A DNA stretch of 64,000 nucleotides, from the NCBI GenBank assembly GCA_000092065.1, contig CP000583.1. One strand, given 5' to 3'. This document shows, in pieces, positions 30,279 through 38,757 of this stretch; within the stretch, counting starts at the first letter, position 1; the number at the start of each line of letters is the position of its first letter. Made by a program: the position numbers and the translations under genes. The DNA comes from Ostreococcus lucimarinus. Its lineage: Eukaryota. The notes beneath the pieces are model-generated. The model did not search any database, was not told the DNA's origin, and saw nothing but the letters and a program-made list of their open reading frames with translations.

Positions 30279-30830
30279 CTACAGGTACCACAACACGCGC
30301 TTATCCGCCTTCAAAACCCCGTACACCGCCAACACGTCGTCCCCGCTCTCCATCTCCAGCGTCACGTTTGCGCTCACGTACTTCCCCTTCGAGCTCGGCC
30401 TCGCCGTCACGTTCTCCGGATGTATGTACCTCCCACCCAGCGCCTCCGAAATCATCTCTCGAACGCTATCGACGAACGTTCCGTCGTCCAAGCCGATGGC
30501 TTGAAACTTTCGCGCGCACGGGTACTCGTTGACGCGCGCGTCCAGCGCCTTCCACTTCGCGTCATTCTCATCGTCCTCGTTCGACGCCATCACCGTGGGC
30601 GTCCGCGCCTCGCTCGGCGTCGAGCGAGCATCGCGCGTTTTACGCAGCTCGCGCATGGTGTCGAGGAGCGAGGCATCGAGCGGCGTCGCGCGCTCTGGGT
30701 CGTCACCGCTCGAGGCGTCACCGCTCGCGGGGGAAGACGACGCGAATGCGACGCGCGCGCGCTGCGACGCGGGACGTGCGATGCGCCGGGTGACGTAGGT
30801 GTGTATACACTGCGCGCGCGCGAGGAGCAT
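30279..30830 (-). CDS. DUF493 / YbeD (UPF0250) family protein, probably organelle-targeted
   Basis: ORF 30279..30881. The listed start is a GTG and the first ATG is at 30830 (MLLARAQCIH...). The C-terminal domain reads EYPCARKFQAIGLDDGTFVDSVREMISEALG..YIHPENVTARPSSKGKYVSANVTLEMESGDDVLAVYGVLKADKRVLWYL. It matches the YbeD signature (FP..FKVIG ... PSSKG.Y.SV.V). Confidence 0.55.
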   Translation of the reverse strand: MLLARAQCIHTYVTRRIARPASQRARVAFASSSPASGDASSGDDPERATPLDASLLDTMRELRKTRDARSTPSEARTPTVMASNEDDENDAKWKALDARVNEYPCARKFQAIGLDDGTFVDSVREMISEALGGRYIHPENVTARPSSKGKYVSANVTLEMESGDDVLAVYGVLKADKRVLWYL

Positions 30831-30933
30831 GGCGCTAGCGATGGCGAGAGGCGCGAAGTGCGGAGGTTTCAACGTTTGCACGCTTACAGGCGAGAAGGGC
30901 TCGCCGTCGCGCGACGAGTAATGTTACACATGA

Positions 30934-33900
30934 TTAGCGTTTGGCGCGCGCGGCGCGTGATTTTGCCTTAGTTTTGTTCGCCTCGCGACTCGCCGCGGCG
31001 GTAGGGCGGAGCTCACCGCGCGCGAGCTCAGTTTTAACCTCGAGCGAGCCGCGGGAGATGCCGTGCGCTCGGCCATTCGCATCCGGTAATTTCGAGAGCC
31101 AACTCGCGAGTTCGCTCGAGGACGTGCGCCCGTTCGCTAGGTCGCGATAACGCGATAGAAGCTCGGGGACCACACTCGCGGGCTCGTCCACGAGCTCGAC
31201 GCGGAAGTGGCAAATGCCGGCGTCGATGAATGTTTTCAGGTACTCCGCGCCCGTTTGCGCCTGAGCGTTGAAGACGGTGTTTCGGCACCCCATGTCTGCG
31301 AGGACAAGATGGTCGGCACCGCGGTCGTCTCGCAAGTGCAAGTGCTTGCTCTCGCATGGATGGCCACAATCTTTGTACGAGTTTCCGTCGGACATGAATC
31401 GACAGAACACGCAGTGTTCGGTATGGAAGATTGGCAAATGCTGATGGACGATGACTTCGAGCTTGGACGCGCCCGCGGGACCGAGGGCGACTGCGAGCGC
31501 GCGTTGCTGCTCGGCGTTCAAGTCATGCGTTGGCGTCAAGCGCTCGAGTCCTGACCTCAGAAAGACGTCCGCACCGATTGCGTTGGCGGCGTTTAATGAA
31601 AAGTCACCACGAAGCGGTGGAATGACGACATCGGCGTCCGAGCGCCCGAGTTCGAGCAGTGTCTGTAATAAACCCGCCGATCGCACGAGCAGGGCGTCGG
31701 CGCCTAGATTGAGATAGTATCGCCACAGTTGCTCTTCTTCTGGCTTCAGCACGCGCGGCGTGGCGACCACGGCTGTTTTCCCCGCGGCTTGAACGAGACG
31801 AACCGTTTTTTGCAATCCGTGAACTTCTAAAAAGTCCAAAGCGATTTCGTCCACGCCATCGACAGTCACCGCAGCTTCGGCTTGCGCGCGCGTGCGACAG
31901 AGCACAGAGATGGACGGCAACCCGCTCGTAGGATTCACGCGCGGTTCTTTGCTCGCTCCTTTATCGCGTTGATCGATGATATCGCCCCACCATGCGTTGC
32001 CGACGAGTTCGTCGACGACTTCGCGCACCGCCATACCTTCGGCTCGATTCGGGCCACCGTCTCGCCGCGCTCGCAGGAGCGACTCGACTGCGTCCCGCCG
32101 CGCAGCTTTGATCTCGCCCGGTGATATGTAAAGTCCGTCCGTAGCCTGCGCGTCGACGTCTGCGATACCTCGAAGGGTGGAGACATCCACACTTGCCACC
32201 ACGAGCGGCGTTCCGCCGAGTTCGCCGATGGCTTTCTTCAACGAATTTTCGTCGAGCGCCTTGTTTTGACTCTTCTCCAACACAGAACCAGTGCGAGCTT
32301 CTCCGAATCGTCCGGCATCATCGATGATTTTGATGACTAGCGGTTCACCGATCGCACCACTCGCGACGACGGTGCACGGATCTCGACGACCGTCGCGACT
32401 CGGCTCGGCCTCCGCGGGAACCATCTTCGCGAGCTTGGCCTCGAGCGTCGGGTCGGATGTTCTCCACACTAGCTGTCCAACCTCGACCCGGTTGAAATCG
32501 ATTTGGTTCGCACCGAACGTAACGGTGTACTCGCCCGCGGTGATGCGGTCGTCGTCTTTACCGCCCACGAGCGCTCGATTGCGATCAAAAATTTCGTAGA
32601 CGCGACCGCCCTCCTCCTTCTCTTGCGGCTCGCCTCGATCGATGACGACGCCATCGCCGCGCTTCATCGCCGCGCCGTCGCTCGTGCGTACGACTATCTC
32701 ACCGTTCGAGCGTCTGCCGTCCGGCTTGATCACGCGCACGATTTCTCCGAGCAAGACGCCGCGATGCCTTGGGGCTCGTCCGCGAACGAGATTTTGATGC
32801 CGCGGTCCCTCCAGGAAACCGCGCGTCAATCCATCGAAATCCGCGTCTTGGCCGCGCGCGAACACTTGCGTGAGTTCCAGTCGCTGCTCTTTCGAGAGCA
32901 ATTCGGAGCGCTTCACGTCGCGTCCGCTCTGCATGGCGTCCCACGCCAAGTCCACCGCGCGGCGATACGCCTGCGTGGCGATGGCGACGTACTCTGGACC
33001 TTTCAATCGTCCTTCGATTTTAAAGCACCCCACGCCGGATTCGATGAGCTCGGGCACGAGCTCGACCGCCATTAAATCTTGCGGTGACAACAAATATTTT
33101 ACATCCCCCATCTCGCGCAGCTCGCCGTCGACGACCAATCCGTACGGCATTCGACACGCCTGCGCGCACTGACCGCGATTCGCCGACCGACCGCCCCAGG
33201 CTTCGCTCGAAAAGCACTGTCCACTGTAGCTCACGCACATCGCCCCGTGCACGAACGCCTCGACCTCGACGTCCGGACAGCTCGCTTTCACCGCGGCGAT
33301 GTCCGTCACGCTCAACTCTCGACCGACGACGACGCGCTTGCACCCGAGCTCTCGCGCGAAGCGCGCGCCCTCCGCGCTCGTCACGCTCATCTGCGTCGAC
33401 CCGTGTATGGGCAAATTCGGCGCCGTCTTCCGAATCAACCGCGTCACCCCCACGTCCTGCACGATCACCGCGTCCACGCCCGCGCGCGCCACGCCTCGAA
33501 TCAGCGTTTCCGCCAACCGCAACTCCTCGTCGAACACCAACACGTTCATCGTCACGTACGCTCGCCGCCCGCGCGACTTCACGTACGCCATCACCTCATC
33601 CAGCTCATCCAGCGTAAAATTACTCGCCCGCGCGCGCGCGTTCAGCGCGTCGAGCCCAAAGTACACGCAATCCGCGCCGGTCTCGATCGCCGCGCGCAAC
33701 TGCGGCCATCCGCCCGCCGGCGCGAGCACCTCCGGCTTCGCGCGCGCCGCCGCCGCCGCCGTCCCCTCCTCGCGCGCGGCGTCCTCGCGCGCGGCGTCGC
33801 GCCACGACGTCGACGACGATAACTCGCGCGACTCTCTCAGGTATCGCGCGCCCTTGCGCGCGCCCTCGGCGCGCGCGCGCGGCGTCGTCAACGTTCGCGC

Positions 33901-33990
33901 GCCGTCGCGGCGGCGGCGCGCGTTCGCGCCTCGCGTCGCGCGTCGCGCGCGCGGCGCGCCGCCGACGCGCGGCGACGCGTCCGCGAGCAT
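30934..33990 (-). CDS. Large peptidase-U32-family protein with two tandem U32 (collagenase / RlhA / TrhP-like) domains and a transit-like leader
   Basis: A 1018-aa ORF with a real ATG at 33990. The first domain reads KPEVLAPAGGWPQLRAAIETGADCVYFGLDALNARARASNFTLDELDEVMAYVKSRGRRAYVTMNVLVFDEELRLAETLIRGVARAGVDAVIVQDVGV...HGSTQMSVTS...FVHGAMCVSYSGQCFSSEAWGGRSANRGQCAQACRMPY. The second domain reads ...EIALDFLEVHGLQKTVRLVQAAGKTAVVATPRVLKPEEEQ...HQHLPIFHTEHCVFCRFMSDGNSYKDCGHPCESKHLHLRDDRGADHLVLADMGCRNTVFNAQAQ. Plus-strand ORFs in 33084..34216 are its shadows. Confidence 0.72.
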   Translation of the reverse strand: MLADASPRVGGAPRARRATRGANARRRRDGARTLTTPRARAEGARKGARYLRESRELSSSTSWRDAAREDAAREEGTAAAAARAKPEVLAPAGGWPQLRAAIETGADCVYFGLDALNARARASNFTLDELDEVMAYVKSRGRRAYVTMNVLVFDEELRLAETLIRGVARAGVDAVIVQDVGVTRLIRKTAPNLPIHGSTQMSVTSAEGARFARELGCKRVVVGRELSVTDIAAVKASCPDVEVEAFVHGAMCVSYSGQCFSSEAWGGRSANRGQCAQACRMPYGLVVDGELREMGDVKYLLSPQDLMAVELVPELIESGVGCFKIEGRLKGPEYVAIATQAYRRAVDLAWDAMQSGRDVKRSELLSKEQRLELTQVFARGQDADFDGLTRGFLEGPRHQNLVRGRAPRHRGVLLGEIVRVIKPDGRRSNGEIVVRTSDGAAMKRGDGVVIDRGEPQEKEEGGRVYEIFDRNRALVGGKDDDRITAGEYTVTFGANQIDFNRVEVGQLVWRTSDPTLEAKLAKMVPAEAEPSRDGRRDPCTVVASGAIGEPLVIKIIDDAGRFGEARTGSVLEKSQNKALDENSLKKAIGELGGTPLVVASVDVSTLRGIADVDAQATDGLYISPGEIKAARRDAVESLLRARRDGGPNRAEGMAVREVVDELVGNAWWGDIIDQRDKGASKEPRVNPTSGLPSISVLCRTRAQAEAAVTVDGVDEIALDFLEVHGLQKTVRLVQAAGKTAVVATPRVLKPEEEQLWRYYLNLGADALLVRSAGLLQTLLELGRSDADVVIPPLRGDFSLNAANAIGADVFLRSGLERLTPTHDLNAEQQRALAVALGPAGASKLEVIVHQHLPIFHTEHCVFCRFMSDGNSYKDCGHPCESKHLHLRDDRGADHLVLADMGCRNTVFNAQAQTGAEYLKTFIDAGICHFRVELVDEPASVVPELLSRYRDLANGRTSSSELASWLSKLPDANGRAHGISRGSLEVKTELARGELRPTAAASREANKTKAKSRAARAKR

Positions 33991-34426
33991 CGCGGCGACG
34001 CGCGCGCGACGTCCTCGCGGCGCGCGCGCGTCGACGGCGCGCGACGCGTCGATGTGGCGTCACTTCGCGGCATGCGCGCGGTGCTCGCGCACGCGCGCGA
34101 CGCGACGCGCGCGCGGCGCGACGTCGCCGCGCACGTGCACGTGCGGGTGCGTCGCCGCGATCGACGCGCGGACGCGCGCGCCGGACGCGCGACGCGCGCG
34201 ACGCGAGAGTGACTGACGACGCGACGGCTCGGCGTCGGCGCAGGATTCGACGACGACCGGCGCGGGGGCGCTCGTGGTCGACGCGCTCGTCGATGGACAC
34301 GCGCGGGACGTTCGCGCGGGCGACGCGGCGTCGCGAGCGGTCGTGCGCGCGCGATGGACGCGAGGGCGGGCGCGCGGGACGCCGACGGCGGATGTGGACT
34401 TGGCGGCGACGCGAGGCGAACGCGCG

Positions 34427-35260
34427 ATGACGGATGCGATTCTAGCCGTCGTCGAGCGCGAACGGACGGTGGTGACGACGCGAGACGCGACGCGGGACGC
34501 GACGGCGACGACGACGGGGCGCGGGCGGCGGAGCGGGGCGTTCGGGTACAAGCCGGACGCGGAGGCGAACGCGACGGTGGTTTTGGACTGCGCGAGCAAG
34601 ATACGACGCGCGTACGGCGAAAAGGCGCTGATTCGCGTCGTGCGCGCGCTGCGGCGACACAGAAACGTGTGCTTGGTGGTGACTTTGGGGGTCGGGACGG
34701 CGACGGCGCGCGAGACGTGCGAGGCGGAGGCGTCGTGCGTGGCGACGTGCGAGCCGGCGGAGGGCGACGACGACGGGTCGCGGGCTCGTTTAGACGTAGA
34801 AATCAGACGCGCGTGCGGACGGCGGCGTCGCGAGCGCGAGCGCGTGATCATTAGAGACGACGATTCTCTCGAGTTCGCGCCGTGCGAGGCGGAATCCGTG
34901 GAAGATGCGGTGGCGCGCGCGCTGCGCGTCGGCGACGACGACGCCGAGACGCGCGCCGCGAGGCGTCTCCAAGCCGTCGTCCCGTTCAATCTCGGCGTCA
35001 GTCTCACCGCGGAAGAGCGCGAGGCCAAGCGCAACGTGAAGCTCTCCTACGAGCACCAAGGCGTGCGCGGCGTCGAGGCGTACGACACGGGTGATTTTTT
35101 AGCCTACCTCCCGCCCGACGCCGGCGGCCGCGGCGTCGCCCTCGGCGTCGCCAAGCCCGGTCGCGGTCACATCTATTACGAGCGCGACGCCGCGGACGAA
35201 GACTTAGACGACGACGATCTTCACGTCGACACCGACGACGAGCTCGAGGAGGATTATTAA
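34427..35260 (+). CDS. Hypothetical protein with an acidic C-terminus. A weak Elongator Elp5/Elp6-like (RecA-fold) resemblance is unverified.
   Basis: ORF 34274..35260. The listed start is a GTG and the first ATG is at 34427 (MTDAILAVVERERTVVTTRD...). The central and C-terminal parts read ...VVLDCASKIRRAYGEKALIRVVRALRRHRNVCLVVTLGVG...LQAVVPFNLGVSLTAEEREAKRNVKLSYEHQ...HIYYERDAADEDLDDDDLHVDTDDELEEDY. The gene is supported only by ORF length, its AT-containing codons and its position between annotated neighbours. Confidence 0.4.
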   Translation: MTDAILAVVERERTVVTTRDATRDATATTTGRGRRSGAFGYKPDAEANATVVLDCASKIRRAYGEKALIRVVRALRRHRNVCLVVTLGVGTATARETCEAEASCVATCEPAEGDDDGSRARLDVEIRRACGRRRRERERVIIRDDDSLEFAPCEAESVEDAVARALRVGDDDAETRAARRLQAVVPFNLGVSLTAEEREAKRNVKLSYEHQGVRGVEAYDTGDFLAYLPPDAGGRGVALGVAKPGRGHIYYERDAADEDLDDDDLHVDTDDELEEDY

Positions 35261-35601
35261 CGCACCCGCGCCCTCGTCTCTCGCTCTCGCGCTCCCTTCG
35301 CCCCTCGCGCGCTCGGCGTCCGCTCGGAAAGAGCCCATAACTCGCGAGACGCCACCGTCGTTTCGGCGCGCGGCCGACTTTCGCGAAGTCAAGGCGTCGT
35401 AAATCCCCAGCAAAGGCAGTATGGTAATTTTTGCCCGCGCGCGCGCGCGCGCGTCTTCGACCCCCCCGAACCGCCGAACCGACGCGCGGCGTCGCTCGAC
35501 GACACGAAGCGTCGCGAAGGGTCGACTCGACCCTCGCCGCACACCGCGCCGCGCCGCGCCGGCCCGCGCGCGCGCGAGGGCGACGCGAGACGAAACGCGG
35601 C

Positions 35602-37032
35602 ATGGGCGACGGATCCGACGCCGCGCGCGGTCGCGTCGCGCGCGCGTCGCGCCCCGTCGCGCTGTACGCGCTCGCGTGCGGCGCGCTGACGCTCGCGACG
35701 TCGACGTGCGCGTCCGCGGCGACGCGCGCGGCGGGCGCGCCGCGCGGCGCGGCGTTCGCGCTCGCGCACGCGCTCGCGCTCGGACGACTGAGCGGCGCGC
35801 TCGCCGAGCGATGGCCGCCGACGCCGGCGCTCACGGCGCAGACGCTCGCGGGGACGCTGCTGCGAAACGTCCCGGGCGCGCGCGAAGCGATCGGCGGCGC
35901 GGTGCACCGCGACGCGTCGACGCTGGCGAGAGCGTTCGCGCTGGGATTGATATTGGCGCGCGCGGGGCTGGCGCTGGACGCGGCGACGGCGCGACGACGC
36001 GCGCGGGAGGTGGCGACGCTGGCGACGATTCCGGGGACGCTGGAGATGCTGGCGACGACGGCGCTGGGCGCGGCGTTCTTCGAGCTACCGATCGCGACGG
36101 CGTTCGCGCTGGGATTTTTGATGTGCGGGATATCGCTGGCGGTGGTGATTCCGCCGGCGGTGGCGATGAAGCGGACGGGGCTGGGCGTGGAGGCGGGCGT
36201 GCCGGATCTCGTCGTCGCCGCGAGCTCGTTTGACGGAATTCTGTGCATAGTCGGCTTCGGCGTGTGCGGCGGCGTCGTGGCGGCGTCGGGGGGGGGCGGG
36301 GCGAGCGCGATGGCGTGGAAGGTGCCGACGCAACTCGTCGTCGGCGCGCTCGGGGGAGTCGGCGCGGCGGAGTTCGCGACGAGGTCGGGATTGTTGTCCG
36401 CGCCGGGGAATCGCGCGAGCGCGACGTCGGACGCGTCGATGATTTTGTCCGTGGTTTTGTTGATTTTGTTCGCGGCGAAACGGTTGGAAGTGAACGGCGG
36501 AGGAGCGCTGGCGAGCATCGCGTTTTGCGTCGCCGTCTCGAGCGCGTGGAAATCGCGCGGGATGGAGGACGCGCTCAAGGAAACGACGGCGTTTATGAAC
36601 GCGCTGTGGGCCGAGTTCGCGGCGCCGCTTTTGTTCGTCATCATCGGATGCACGCTCGATTTGCACGCGATGACGGGCGACGTCGCGGCGAAGGCGATCG
36701 GAATCATAGCTCTCGGGGGAATTGTGCGAGCGCTCGGTGTCTTTTTGAGTACGGCTGCGAGCGAGTCGATGAATCTTCGCGAGCGAGCGTTCATCGCTCT
36801 CGCATGGACACCCAAGGCGACGATTCAGGCGGCTTTGGCGAACGTGGTTTACGACCAAGCGGTCACCGCTCATGGCGTCGGCTCGCCCGAGGCGCTCGAT
36901 GGCGAAAAGCTTTTACAAACCGCGCTGTTGTCGATTTTAATCACGGCGCCCTTGGGCGCCTGGTGCATCGCCTACTTCGCCCCGCGGCTTTTGAAGCAAG
37001 AGACGAAGCCCGTCGCCATCGCTGTAGCATAG
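35602..37032 (+). CDS. Sodium/proton antiporter of the NHA / SLC9B (CPA2) type; multi-pass membrane protein
   Basis: ORF 35431..37032. The ATG at 35602 (MGDGSDAARG...) precedes about 12 hydrophobic segments. The diagnostic stretch is ATIPGTLEMLATTALGAAFFELPIATAFALGFLMCGISLAVVIPPAVAMKRTGLGVEAGVPDLVVAASSFDGILCIVGFG, to be compared with the NHA2 motif TIPGL.E...A.SFDDILAITGF. Minus-strand ORFs 35004..36815 and 36085..36873 are its shadows. Confidence 0.65.
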   Translation: MGDGSDAARGRVARASRPVALYALACGALTLATSTCASAATRAAGAPRGAAFALAHALALGRLSGALAERWPPTPALTAQTLAGTLLRNVPGAREAIGGAVHRDASTLARAFALGLILARAGLALDAATARRRAREVATLATIPGTLEMLATTALGAAFFELPIATAFALGFLMCGISLAVVIPPAVAMKRTGLGVEAGVPDLVVAASSFDGILCIVGFGVCGGVVAASGGGGASAMAWKVPTQLVVGALGGVGAAEFATRSGLLSAPGNRASATSDASMILSVVLLILFAAKRLEVNGGGALASIAFCVAVSSAWKSRGMEDALKETTAFMNALWAEFAAPLLFVIIGCTLDLHAMTGDVAAKAIGIIALGGIVRALGVFLSTAASESMNLRERAFIALAWTPKATIQAALANVVYDQAVTAHGVGSPEALDGEKLLQTALLSILITAPLGAWCIAYFAPRLLKQETKPVAIAVA

Positions 37033-37087
37033 TAGGATTAGCAAACGACGTTGCAACAATTCATCATAATTAAAATCTCTTCGCGTA

Positions 37088-38482
37088 TTAAATGTCGATC
37101 GACTCCTTCGTAAAAGCCGGCATTTCGAAGGCGGAGGCGAACGCCTCGACTTCGTCGCGCATGGCGGCCACCTTGGGGTTGTTATCGAGACCTTTCTTCC
37201 AGTCTTTGAGCATCTTTCCATGGCTCTTTTGCACTTCTAAGCACAAATCGGCGGCGCGGGAGAGGAATTCGGCGATTTGCACAAAGTCCGACTCCACGAG
37301 ACCGCGAGACGTCATCGCAGGGGCGCCGATGCGCACGCCACCCGGAGAAAGCGCACTTGCGTCGCCGAACACCGCATTCTTGTTCAAAGTAATGTGCAAA
37401 AGATCGCACAGGTATTCCATCTTGCTCCCAGTCAAACCGAGCGGGCGCAAATCCCAAAGCACCAAGTGGTTATCCGTACCGCCAGTGACGAGGTTGTAGC
37501 CCTTGGACACCAACGTTTCGCCCAACGCTCTGGCGTTCGCCTTAACTTGCTTGATGTACGTCTTGAACTCAGGGGTTTGCGCATACTTGAGCGCGACCGC
37601 CAACGCGCCGATTTGGTGGTTGTGCGGACCGCCTTGCAGCGCTGGAAAGACGGCCATGTTGATGCGCGATTCGTAGTTGTAATCCTTGCCCGTCTTCGCG
37701 TTGACGCCGCGGCGGAAGAAAATCATCCCCGAACGCGGACCGCGAAGAGACTTGTGCGTCGTCGTCGTCACGATGTCACAGTATTCGAACGGTTGTGCTT
37801 GTTCTTCCGCGGCAACCAAACCGGAGATGTGCGCCATATCCATCATCAACATCGCCCCGCACTTGTCGGCAATTTCCCGGAAACGTGCGTAATCCCAATC
37901 TCTCGCGTACGCCGAACCACCGCAAACGATCATCTTCGGTCGGAAATCCATCGCCTTTTCTTCGAGCTTATCGTAATCGATGTACCCAGTCTTCGGGTCC
38001 ACCTTGTACGGCAAAGATTCAAAGAAAATTGACGTCGCCGAAATCTTCTTCCCGTTTGAGTTGTAATATCCGTGCGTCAGGTGTCCACCGCTCGGCAGAT
38101 CCAATCCCATGATTCGATCGTGCGGGTTCAACAACGCCGTGTACACCGCCATATTCGCCGGCGATCCACTGTACGGCTGCACGTTCACCCCCCATTCCTT
38201 CTCGTCCAGGCGATACGCCGCCAACGCTCGCCTCTGGCACAGCGTCTCCACTCGATCGATCACCTCGTTCCCACCGTAATACCTCGCCCCCGGCAACCCT
38301 TCCGAGTATTTATTCGTCAACGCGCTTCCCAGCGCTTCCATCACCGGCGCGGACGTGAAATTCTCGCTCGCGATGAGCTCGATGCCACCGATTTGCCGGC
38401 GCTTTTCGAGTTGAATCAGATCGTACATCTCCTTGTCCGCGCTCTTCAGCGGCGCGAGCGCTTCGGGGAAGACGCGATTCAT
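37088..38482 (-). CDS. SHMT: Serine hydroxymethyltransferase
   Basis: ORF 37088..38506. The listed start is a TTG and the first ATG is at 38482 ([53 protein letters not shown]...). The protein also contains the PLP-binding stretch [19 protein letters not shown] and a C-terminus typical of eukaryotic SHMT. Confidence 0.92.
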   Translation of the reverse strand: MNRVFPEALAPLKSADKEMYDLIQLEKRRQIGGIELIASENFTSAPVMEALGSALTNKYSEGLPGARYYGGNEVIDRVETLCQRRALAAYRLDEKEWGVNVQPYSGSPANMAVYTALLNPHDRIMGLDLPSGGHLTHGYYNSNGKKISATSIFFESLPYKVDPKTGYIDYDKLEEKAMDFRPKMIVCGGSAYARDWDYARFREIADKCGAMLMMDMAHISGLVAAEEQAQPFEYCDIVTTTTHKSLRGPRSGMIFFRRGVNAKTGKDYNYESRINMAVFPALQGGPHNHQIGALAVALKYAQTPEFKTYIKQVKANARALGETLVSKGYNLVTGGTDNHLVLWDLRPLGLTGSKMEYLCDLLHITLNKNAVFGDASALSPGGVRIGAPAMTSRGLVESDFVQIAEFLSRAADLCLEVQKSHGKMLKDWKKGLDNNPKVAAMRDEVEAFASAFEMPAFTKESIDI

Positions 38483-38694
38483 GGCGGGCGATGATCGCGA
38501 TGTCAAGCGACGGCGCGCGCGGCGGGAGTCGCGACGCGGGAGTCGCGCGTCGGTGTGACGCGCCGTCGCGGCGCGCGTGTGATTTTAGTAAAAACCCGCG
38601 TGTGGTAAAATCACACTCGCGCGCGCGCCGACGACGAAAGTTTCGCGACGGTTCGGTTGGAAGTTCGATCGTCGCACGCGCGAGCGCGCGCGAC

Positions 38695-38757
38695 GCGAAC
38701 GACGCGAGCGACGCGAGAGCGCGACGCGAGCGACGCGAGCGACGCGAGGGACGCGAG
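38695..38757. repeat. Imperfect tandem repeat of GACGCGAGC-type units immediately upstream of the ATG at 38758
   Basis: The sequence gacgcgaacgacgcgagcgacgcgagagcgcgacgcgagcgacgcgagcgacgcgagggacgcgag. It lies in the 250-bp divergent SHMT/oxidase intergenic region. Confidence 0.7.

Noticed and set aside
35004-36873. Minus-strand ORFs 35004..36815 (603 aa) and 36085..36873
   Set aside because: They are antisense to the NHA-type antiporter gene and are A/P/R-rich low complexity.
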